Positions 16,825 through 24,634 of a DNA stretch of 40,059 nucleotides are shown in pieces. The notes under the pieces were generated by a model. The model did not search any database, was not told the DNA's origin, and worked only from the letters and a program-made list of their open reading frames with translations. Origin of the DNA: Planctomycetota bacterium (GTDB taxonomy: Bacteria > Planctomycetota > Phycisphaerae > WQYP01); the NCBI GenBank assembly GCA_021847065.1, contig JAJZVR010000002.1:1-40059 (forward strand), read 5' to 3'. Each line of letters begins with the position of its first letter. The first letter of the stretch is position 1. The translations under genes were made by a program, and so were the position numbers.

Positions 16825-16862
16825 GCCGTGTGGACCCACCCTCCTCCACACGGCTTTTTTAT
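16825..16862 (+). terminator. Intrinsic (Rho-independent) terminator-like hairpin with no upstream + strand gene
   Basis: gccgtgtgga (16825-16834) pairs perfectly with tccacacggc (16845-16854), with a 10-nt loop. The run ttttttatt follows. It lies 76 nt upstream of the citrate synthase ATG and about 230 nt downstream of the sigma54 promoter. Confidence 0.65.
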
Positions 16863-16937
16863 TGCGCTGAAAACTATACGCCTGCGCGTCGAGCGTGTAT
16901 TATTGATGGGTCTGGTGAGCGTTCAGGAGTAACCGTT

Positions 16938-18083
16938 ATGACCCAAAGCCCAAATACTACTACAACAGTGGCGGCAGCAAGCGGAGGCCTGCGCGACATC
17001 GTTGCATTAAGCTCTTCGATCTGTTCGATTGAAAACGGTATTTTAACCTATCGCGGTATAACCATTGATGAACTGGCGGAAAATTCCACCTTTGAAGAAG
17101 TGGTTTTTCTACTATGGAATGGACGGTTACCGACGCGCGTGGAATTCGACGATTTGCGGCAATCCATTGCCGAGCAGGCACAATTGCCGGAAGGTTTGCT
17201 GGCGATGATGAAATCGTTTCCCCGACGTACGACACCAATGGAAGCACTGCGAACCGCGGCCAGCGCCATGGCGATGTTTGATGCGGAATCAGAGGATATG
17301 TCCGCGGCGGCCAATCAGCGAAAATCAGTCCGCATTCTGGGCCAAATGGCCAGTGTAGTGGCGGCGTATGACCGCATCCGCAATGATCGCGAGCCACTGG
17401 TACCCCGGCGGGACTTGAATCTGGCCGCCAACTTTTTATACATGCTTACCGGGCGTTCACCTGAACCTCTGGCCACGCGAGCGTTGGATAAAGCATACAT
17501 TCTCCATGCGGATCATGAATTAAATGCCAGTACGTTTGCAGCGCGTGTGGCGGCGGGAACGCTGACGGATATGCACTCGGCGCTGGTGGCCGCGATTTGC
17601 GCTTTGAAAGGCCCACTGCATGGCGGAGCCAATGAGCAGGTCATGCGGATGCTTAATGAAATCGGCAATCCGGACACCGTGGATTCCTATATCCGGGCCA
17701 AGCTGGATAACCATGACAAAATCATGGGCTTTGGACATGCCGTTTACAAAAATGGCGATCCGCGGGCGCGGCACTTAAAGGAAATGTCGCGGCAACTTGG
17801 CACGCTTACGGGCCAGCAACGCTGGTACGAAATGTCCGTGCGCATTGAAGACATGGTAATGCGAACCAAGAACCTCAAGCCGAATGTCGATTTTTACAGC
17901 GCCTCGGTGTATCACTACCTGCATATACCGGCTGATCTTTTTACACCGATTTTTGCCATCAGTCGGACCAGTGGATGGATTGCCCATATTTTGGAGCAAT
18001 ATTCCAATAACAAGCTCATCCGCCCCCGTGCGGAATATATTGGGCCGCGAAACCAGCATTGGAAATCGTTTGCATCCCGCTGA
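16938..18083 (+). CDS. gltA: Citrate synthase (about 380 aa, dimeric CitZ / 2-methylcitrate-synthase-like type)
   Basis: Motifs HADHELNAST, LKGPLHGGANE, GFGHAVYKNGDPRA and DFYSASVY are present. The start is placed at ATG 16938, 8 nt after caggag. The track ORF extends in frame back to 16686, but that extension crosses the terminator hairpin and looks non-protein-like. Confidence 0.9.
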   Translation: MTQSPNTTTTVAAASGGLRDIVALSSSICSIENGILTYRGITIDELAENSTFEEVVFLLWNGRLPTRVEFDDLRQSIAEQAQLPEGLLAMMKSFPRRTTPMEALRTAASAMAMFDAESEDMSAAANQRKSVRILGQMASVVAAYDRIRNDREPLVPRRDLNLAANFLYMLTGRSPEPLATRALDKAYILHADHELNASTFAARVAAGTLTDMHSALVAAICALKGPLHGGANEQVMRMLNEIGNPDTVDSYIRAKLDNHDKIMGFGHAVYKNGDPRARHLKEMSRQLGTLTGQQRWYEMSVRIEDMVMRTKNLKPNVDFYSASVYHYLHIPADLFTPIFAISRTSGWIAHILEQYSNNKLIRPRAEYIGPRNQHWKSFASR

Positions 18084-18143
18084 GCTTTAATGCTCACCGC
18101 AAAATAGCAAAGAAACTCCGCAGCGTTTACCGGGCTTGATGAC

Positions 18144-18833
18144 ATGATAATTCTAGTAGTTGGACCACATCCCGATGATCAGGAACTGGCAATGGGCGGC
18201 ACGATCGCCGCACTGACCAGACAAAAGCATCATGTAACATTACTGGATATGACCAACGGCGAACCAACTCCATTCGGCGCGCCGGAAGTGCGGGCCAGAG
18301 AATCCGCAGCCGCCGCGGAAATATTGGGCGTAAAACGAATATCTCTGGGGCTGAAAAATCGTGAAGTGACATGGAGTATTGCCGCTCGTCATGCCACGGC
18401 GGCAATATTTCGCAGTGTTCGACCCGATATTGTGTTTCTGCCATATCCGATGGACGCCCACCCGGACCACCGGCAAGTCACGCAAATTGTCGAAGATGCC
18501 CGCTTTGATGCCAAACTGACAAAATCGACGATTCCGGGTGAACCATTTTATCCGCCGAGACTCATCTATTATTTCTGTTCACACCTGCGGTTTAATTTTC
18601 CAGCATCGTTCTGTTTGGATGTTTCAGATGCCATGGATGCGAAACTCGCGGCAATACGGTGTTATGAATCTCAATTCAGCACAGGGCGCACGGTGGAATC
18701 CCAATGGGAAATTCTCAAATACATCGAGAATATCAACGGCTATTTTGGCGGAACGATTCGCCGCAAGTACGCGGAACCCTTTTTCGTTCAGGAAGCATTG
18801 GGGCTAAAAACCCTCGATGGGCTGGCTTTTTAG
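18144..18833 (+). CDS. PIG-L/LmbE family N-acetylglucosaminyl deacetylase
   Basis: 229 aa. It has ILVVGPHPDDQELAMGGTIA (the metal-binding HPDD motif) and a second HPDH motif (MDAHPDHRQV). Confidence 0.8.
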   Translation: MIILVVGPHPDDQELAMGGTIAALTRQKHHVTLLDMTNGEPTPFGAPEVRARESAAAAEILGVKRISLGLKNREVTWSIAARHATAAIFRSVRPDIVFLPYPMDAHPDHRQVTQIVEDARFDAKLTKSTIPGEPFYPPRLIYYFCSHLRFNFPASFCLDVSDAMDAKLAAIRCYESQFSTGRTVESQWEILKYIENINGYFGGTIRRKYAEPFFVQEALGLKTLDGLAF

Positions 18834-18881
18834 GATGCTGTGTTGTAAGTTCTATCTTTTAGTAACAAGGATGATAATCGA

Positions 18882-20015
18882 ATGACCAAAGACTCGCAGG
18901 GCACAAAAATCGAAGTAACGGAATCCTCCAAGCGCGGGGGGCCGCCAAAAATACATAAATACTTTGAAGTCGTAACCAAGGTGGAAGGCAGTGACTTGCA
19001 CATCAAGGCCGATGTGCTGCCGCGCGTGCGAAAATCGGGACGCCTGGTTCCCACCACCGGCACACCGCTTAGCAATGCGGAAATTGAAGCCATGGTCAAA
19101 GAAATGCTCAATGACGAGCAGTGGCATGATTTCCTGCACCGCGGCTCATTGGACATCGCGTATGCTGTCACCCCTACCGAGCGATTCCGTGTTAATATTT
19201 TCCGGCAGCGCGGCATGGTAAGTTTGGCGGCGCGGCGCATTAACCCGAAAATTCCGAATTTTGCCCAATTGCACCTGCCGGAGGTCTTTGAAAAAATTGC
19301 GGAAAATGAGCAGGGACTGGTCATGCTGGCCGGGATCACAGGCAGCGGTAAAAGCACCACGATTGCGGCGATGCTGCAACAGGTCAACGACCGTCGATCC
19401 TGCCATATTATTACGATTGAAGACCCCATTGAATACACGTATGTGGATCAGAAAGCTTTTATCAACCAGCGTGAAGTGGGCTTGGATGTGGAAAGCTTTG
19501 AAATGGCGATCCGCTACATGATGCGTGAAGATCCGGACGTTATCCTGATTGGCGAAATGCGAGACCGCCTGACCTTTCAGGCCGCAGTACAGGCCACGGA
19601 AACCGGACACATGGTATTTTCCACCATTCACGCCGCCAGTGCGCCCGGTGCCATTACGCGCGTACTTGAATTGTTCCCTCCGGACATGCACATGAATATG
19701 CGTCAAGCCATTGCCAACAATATGAAGGCAATTATCTTCCAGAAGCTTGTGCCGGCCATTGATCCCGCCGTCGGGCGGGTACCGGTGGTGGAAGTAATGT
19801 TGAATTCACCGTCGGTGAGAAAGTATATTCTTGAAGGCCGTGAAAATGAGTTGACGCAGGTTATCCGTTCGGAGCGCGGAGCCGGGATGATTGATTTTAA
19901 CGACATGTTGTGTGAACTGGTGGCCAGCGAAACCATAACACACAAAGAAGCGTATATCGCTTCACCGAATCCGGATGAATTGCGGATGCGCATGAAGGGA
20001 ATCCGCACAAATTAA
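18882..20015 (+). CDS. pilT: PilT-family (twitching-motility-type) hexameric secretion ATPase
   Basis: 377 aa. All catalytic motifs are intact: Walker A GITGSGKSTT, Asp box IITIEDPIEY, Walker B DPDVILIGEMRD and His box TGHMVFSTIHA. Confidence 0.88.
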   Translation: MTKDSQGTKIEVTESSKRGGPPKIHKYFEVVTKVEGSDLHIKADVLPRVRKSGRLVPTTGTPLSNAEIEAMVKEMLNDEQWHDFLHRGSLDIAYAVTPTERFRVNIFRQRGMVSLAARRINPKIPNFAQLHLPEVFEKIAENEQGLVMLAGITGSGKSTTIAAMLQQVNDRRSCHIITIEDPIEYTYVDQKAFINQREVGLDVESFEMAIRYMMREDPDVILIGEMRDRLTFQAAVQATETGHMVFSTIHAASAPGAITRVLELFPPDMHMNMRQAIANNMKAIIFQKLVPAIDPAVGRVPVVEVMLNSPSVRKYILEGRENELTQVIRSERGAGMIDFNDMLCELVASETITHKEAYIASPNPDELRMRMKGIRTN

Positions 20016-20176
20016 TTGGTGCTTTCAGGAAAGTTTATTTGGAGGTACATACGGCGTCAAGGACGATTCCGTGAAGAAGGCTCTGGCATAATTAGCCGAA
20101 TCATGGTAAGTTTTGCATTTGGCGGTCGGTAGGTTCGCGTCTGAAGCTACGCGCAGAAGCAGGAATAATTGCTTTG

Positions 20177-21970
20177 ATGTACGTAAATGTCATTTATGTT
20201 CTAGTGGCGGTTGCGGTTCTGGTGCTATGGGGCCGCTTTCTTGTCTGGATTGACAATGATCTTCCCAACATGCCGGAACAGCCGGCACAGCTATGGAAAG
20301 GCGTACTGCTGGCGTCAATAGCCATTCTCCTGCTGGTTTGGCTGCTGATCCCAAATTTCTGGTTTGCGTTGATTCTTAACATATTTATTCCTGTGGCACT
20401 GTTGGCTTATTATTGGCGCACGCGGGTTCAGGTTCTGGGGAGTTCCGGGGATTTATTGGGAGCCATATCGGGGCACATGACGCAATTCTCTGCCGGGCGG
20501 CAGGCAAAAAAATCCGTTTCGCAACTGGGTTTGCGGTATGAGGGTAAAGGTGGTAAGCCGCTGCATCTACCGGCTGTTGAAGACCCCGGTTACAACGGAG
20601 TGGTGCTGCTGGATCAATTGCTCATACAGGGCCTGGAAAATCGGGCTCAGCGCATTGATCTTATGCCGTCGGCTCAGGCGTATGAAATGTCCTTTACCAC
20701 CGATGGCGTGGCGTATCCACAATCTGGAATGCAACGGTCCAATGCCGAACCGTTGATTCAGGCCGTTAAGCAGCTCACCGGCCTTTCACTGGAAGAGCGA
20801 CGCCGGCCGCAATCAGCCGCGTTCACCACACGTGATGCGGACAACAATCCGGTTCATTGGACCGCCAATACCAGCGGCACAACTGCCGGTGAACGGTTAT
20901 GGCTGCAAGTCAACGCCAAAGACAATTGGAAAATGCCGCTGGATCATCTGGGCATGTCCTCGGAACAACTCACAGCATTACGTGAGGTGTTAAAAGGCAA
21001 TGAAGGATTGGTCATTGTTTCATCGCCTCCGCACATGGGTCGTACCACCACGCTTTATTCACTGCTGGCCAATCATGATGCTTACACCACGAGCATTAAC
21101 ACCTTTGAAATTAATCCGCGGGCGGATTTTGAATCTATCTCCTTAACCCGGTTTGATCCTGCGGCGGTCAATGCCAGTCACTCTAAAGCGCTGCAAAGCC
21201 TCATGCTGAAAGACCCGCATATTTTGATGGTGGCACAATGCCCCGATGCGGCAACTGCGGAACTGATCGCAAAATACTCGCGTGAGGAACACCGTGTTTA
21301 TGTTGGCCTGCGGGCCAATGACGCATTTACCGCATTGGAATTATGGCGTAAGGTTCTGCCGGATAATCAGGTGGCGGCGGCGCCGTTACGGGCCATTATT
21401 TCCCAACGGTTGATTCGCCTGCTGTGCCCGACATGCAAAATTGCCTATCAACCCGATGAAGCCATGCTGGCGAAGTTGAATTTGCCGATAGGCCGCGACC
21501 TGTCAGCGTTTAAAGCCAACACGCAACCTTCGCGTGACCAGAAGGGAAATTTAATTAAGTGCCCGGATTGTGCCAGCCTGGGCTATCGCGGGCAAACGGG
21601 AATATTTGAAATCCTGGTGATCAACGACGAAATTCGCAGAGCTATTGCCACCGGGCGGCCAGTGGAAGAAATTCGCACCTTGGCGCGTAAGAACAATATG
21701 ATGGTTCTGGTGGAACACGGATTCAGAAAATTTGCCTTGGGCATTACGTCGATCCAGGAAGTTATTCGTGTGTGTACCCCCGATAAAAAACCGGCTACAA
21801 AGGCGAAATCCACAACATCGGGGGCGTCACGGGCGGGTGCCAGCAAGGCGGGACAGATTCCCGGACAGACTCCGGGGCAAAGCCAGGCCGGAGTCGGCCG
21901 CGCGGGTAACTCACGGGCTGGCGGAACGTCCGCTGGAAACGCGCCATCCAGCGGAGTTGGAAACGACTGA
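20177..21970 (+). CDS. Membrane-anchored GspE/PilB-like secretion-ATPase paralogue with degenerate catalytic motifs (predicted pseudo-ATPase)
   Basis: About 597 aa from ATG 20177.
- About 3 N-terminal TM helices.
- A GspE N2-like segment (AQRIDLMPSAQAYEMSFTTDGV...LSLEERRRPQSA).
- Walker A position reads SPPHMGRTTTLY.
- Asp box position reads INTFEINPR.
- Walker B position reads DPHILMVAQCPD.
- His box position reads VGLRANDA.
- The tetracysteine cluster CPTC...CPDC and GYRGQTGIFE are retained.
- A ~60 aa A/G/S/R-rich tail ends the protein. Confidence 0.75.
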   Translation: MYVNVIYVLVAVAVLVLWGRFLVWIDNDLPNMPEQPAQLWKGVLLASIAILLLVWLLIPNFWFALILNIFIPVALLAYYWRTRVQVLGSSGDLLGAISGHMTQFSAGRQAKKSVSQLGLRYEGKGGKPLHLPAVEDPGYNGVVLLDQLLIQGLENRAQRIDLMPSAQAYEMSFTTDGVAYPQSGMQRSNAEPLIQAVKQLTGLSLEERRRPQSAAFTTRDADNNPVHWTANTSGTTAGERLWLQVNAKDNWKMPLDHLGMSSEQLTALREVLKGNEGLVIVSSPPHMGRTTTLYSLLANHDAYTTSINTFEINPRADFESISLTRFDPAAVNASHSKALQSLMLKDPHILMVAQCPDAATAELIAKYSREEHRVYVGLRANDAFTALELWRKVLPDNQVAAAPLRAIISQRLIRLLCPTCKIAYQPDEAMLAKLNLPIGRDLSAFKANTQPSRDQKGNLIKCPDCASLGYRGQTGIFEILVINDEIRRAIATGRPVEEIRTLARKNNMMVLVEHGFRKFALGITSIQEVIRVCTPDKKPATKAKSTTSGASRAGASKAGQIPGQTPGQSQAGVGRAGNSRAGGTSAGNAPSSGVGND

Positions 21971-22040
21971 TTGGGACAGGCGTGCGAACGGGGGTTGGCC
22001 AGACCACGATTCGCCGCCGCAGCGCATTGGACGATCATAG

Positions 22041-23681
22041 ATGATTCTTCAATTCATCGTACTGTTGTTTATTATCCTCTTTGCGCTTTACATGGCCAAT
22101 GAGGGGCCGCTGTCGGCATTGCTGTTGCTGTGCGCAAGCTTCTTCGCATCCGCACTGGCGATGGGAGTCTATCAGTCCTGGTCGAAACCAATTCTGAATC
22201 ATCGCCCGGATTTTGCGTATGGGGTTACCTTTCTGCTGGTATTTTTCCTCGCATTTTCACTTATTCGCACCGCTTTTGATTACCTGGTTCGCGGGGATGT
22301 TGAATTACCGCTCTGGCCCGGACGCATTGTGGGAGGGGTATTCGGTTTTTTTACCGCCATGATTTTGATTGGCTCCGTGATGGTTGGCGTGCAAATGCTG
22401 CCGCTGCCCAGCAGCATTCTGGGCTACAGCCGATACAGCACGGCACAGGATTTGGCCAGTAATTCACCCAGTGGATTGTGGCTGGACCCGGATGGTTTTG
22501 TCACGAGCCTTTGGGGATTGGTCAGTGGCCGAAGCTTGGGCGAACATTCTTTCAGCAAGTACAACCCGGAACCGTTGCGGCAGTTTTACGCTGACCGCTA
22601 TACGGTGCAATATGCCGGGGCCAAAGCGCTTCCGCCAAGCCTGTTGCATGTTCCCTTCGCCGGGCCATTACCGGTTGGAATGATCAAGCGCTATGGCATT
22701 CCAGCGGCCGGAAAGCAGGTTATTTTGGTTCGTACGGAAGTAAATCATGGCAGTGCCCAGCCGAATATAAGTTCAGACCAGGGCTATTTCCGATTAACCC
22801 CCGCCGAAGTGCAGTTGGTTACTACGGGCGGCGGAATGTATTTCCCCAGCGGATATCTTGAGGATGGCCGCCATTATACGCCGCTGAAACTCAATGATCC
22901 AATGGTCGATGACTACCGAACCGTTCATGGCCACCGTCGGGTGGTTCAAGATTGGGTATTTCTTATTCCCGACAATGATCAACCGCTGGTTTTACGTATG
23001 AAGCAAACGGCGGAAGCGAATTTGTTGACGGGGCTGACCGGCGAAAAATTTGAACCTCTGCGGGCTTCAGATTATCCGCGACTACCCTACAACAATTCGT
23101 CGCTTGAAGTTCAATTGACGGCCAAGAATTTGTCATCGGCACCGGTCAATATGTGGATTATTCCCGCCGGCACGCGGATGTCGGACGTGCGATTTATCAT
23201 GCAATCGGCATCCGCGAGACTCGGACGCATTCGCCGTGCAATAGCTGCTGGAAAGCCACCTTGGTCATCGGCAAATATCACCGGAAATCCCAATACCAGC
23301 ATGGTGCAGATGTACCATCAAAATGCCTTGAATTTGCGGTTGCAGCATGATGCGCCCTGGGCGGAAATACTGCCGGTGTTACTGACTTCTCAGGTAGGTA
23401 CGAATACCAATGATTCGCTCACGCGAATGCGCAGTTACTTCCGCGATACTCTTAAGCCGATGCTGGCCAAACAGCGTGTCGCGGCCAGAACGCTCAATGC
23501 CCAAGGCCAACTCAATAAACCCATTAAACTGGGGCCTGCTCCATATGACATTCTGATCTGGACGCACTCGGCGGCACAAATGCGCGTCTGGTTAAAGAGC
23601 GTCACTGTGCATGAGGGGGGAAAGGCCAGTGTGAAGGTGGTATCGGGTGATAAGCTGGTGAATTACTCGATATCGCAATAA
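22041..23681 (+). CDS. Membrane protein with a CvpA-like 4-TM N-terminus and an unassigned ~400 aa C-terminal domain
   Basis: 546 aa. The N-terminus, MILQFIVLLFIILFALYMANEGPLSALLLLCASFFASALAMGVY...GRIVGGVFGFFTAMILIGSVMV, follows the CvpA (colicin V production) pattern. I recognise no motif in the rest of the protein. Confidence 0.55.
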   Translation: MILQFIVLLFIILFALYMANEGPLSALLLLCASFFASALAMGVYQSWSKPILNHRPDFAYGVTFLLVFFLAFSLIRTAFDYLVRGDVELPLWPGRIVGGVFGFFTAMILIGSVMVGVQMLPLPSSILGYSRYSTAQDLASNSPSGLWLDPDGFVTSLWGLVSGRSLGEHSFSKYNPEPLRQFYADRYTVQYAGAKALPPSLLHVPFAGPLPVGMIKRYGIPAAGKQVILVRTEVNHGSAQPNISSDQGYFRLTPAEVQLVTTGGGMYFPSGYLEDGRHYTPLKLNDPMVDDYRTVHGHRRVVQDWVFLIPDNDQPLVLRMKQTAEANLLTGLTGEKFEPLRASDYPRLPYNNSSLEVQLTAKNLSSAPVNMWIIPAGTRMSDVRFIMQSASARLGRIRRAIAAGKPPWSSANITGNPNTSMVQMYHQNALNLRLQHDAPWAEILPVLLTSQVGTNTNDSLTRMRSYFRDTLKPMLAKQRVAARTLNAQGQLNKPIKLGPAPYDILIWTHSAAQMRVWLKSVTVHEGGKASVKVVSGDKLVNYSISQ

Positions 23682-23798
23682 GGATTCTCCGCCCGGCGAT
23701 TTGACCATTGCGGAAGTGTGCTACAATAACTATAAGTAACGTCGTTGCGGCCCGTGGGTGGCTCGCACATTGGGCAATATGTTTTTAGGAGTACCATC

Positions 23799-24434
23799 AT
23801 GGCTTTTCAACTTCCTTCTTTACCGTATGACTTCAGCGCATTGGAACCGGTTATCGATACGCAAACCATGCAGATTCACCATGGCAAGCATCATGGAGCG
23901 TATGTTACCAATCTGAACAATGCTATTGCCGGCAAGGCCGCTTTGGAGGCCAAAAGCCTCGAAGCACTCATTGGCGATCTCTCGGCCATCCCTGAGGATA
24001 TCCGGGTAGCTGTGCGTAACAATGGCGGCGGCAATGCCAATCACACCATGTTCTGGCAGATCATGGCACCAAAAGGAAAAGGCGGCGGCGGTGAGCCGAC
24101 CGGAGACTTGGCGGCGGCAATCAAATCCACTTTTGGATCCTTTGCTGATTTTAAGACACGTTTGGGAGAAGCCGCCACCAAACGCTTTGGCTCTGGGTGG
24201 GCGTGGCTGGTGCTGAAAGATGGCAAACTGGCCATTGGTTCAACCGCGAATCAAGACAATCCGCTGATGGGTGAGGCCGTTTGCGGGTTGAGCGGCAAGC
24301 CGATTCTCGGGCTGGATGTCTGGGAACATGCATACTATCTGAAATATCAAAATCGTCGGCCTGAATACATCACCAACTGGTGGGAAGTCGTGAACTGGCC
24401 GAAGGTTGCGGAAATTTATCAGGCGGCAAAGTAA
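23799..24434 (+). CDS. sodA: Superoxide dismutase, Mn-type (Fe/Mn SOD family)
   Basis: The start is ATG 23799, 7 nt after aggag (the track ORF begins at 23745). It reads [58 protein letters not shown] and [21 protein letters not shown]. This closely parallels E. coli MnSOD as I recall it. Confidence 0.92.
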   Translation: MAFQLPSLPYDFSALEPVIDTQTMQIHHGKHHGAYVTNLNNAIAGKAALEAKSLEALIGDLSAIPEDIRVAVRNNGGGNANHTMFWQIMAPKGKGGGGEPTGDLAAAIKSTFGSFADFKTRLGEAATKRFGSGWAWLVLKDGKLAIGSTANQDNPLMGEAVCGLSGKPILGLDVWEHAYYLKYQNRRPEYITNWWEVVNWPKVAEIYQAAK

Positions 24435-24466
24435 TTTCTCCCTCCCCCATCCAAGATGCTTTGTCC

Positions 24467-24503
24467 AAAGCCCAAGCGGTGAACACCGCTTGGGCTTTTT
24501 TTT
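24467..24503 (+). terminator. Rho-independent terminator of sodA
   Basis: aaagcccaagcgg (24467-24479) pairs with ccgcttgggcttt (24486-24498), with a 6-nt loop. An 8-T run follows. It begins 33 nt after the sodA stop. Confidence 0.85.
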
Positions 24504-24634
24504 CCCTTCTTAAATGGAAACAATTGGCAGATTATTACCGCCGTCCGGAAAATTACCGAATCAGGAATTGGTTCAAATAATGCTATGCGAATAAAATGGG
24601 GTAAAAACCGGAAATTCGATTACAATTCCCTGTC

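Noticed and set aside
16686-16937. An 84-codon in-frame N-terminal extension of citrate synthase
   Set aside because: The extension is Cys/Pro-rich and unlike citrate synthases. It would be translated across an intrinsic-terminator hairpin. ATG 16938 has a good SD (caggag) and yields a normal-length enzyme. The open frame is noted as slightly unusual but is probably chance.
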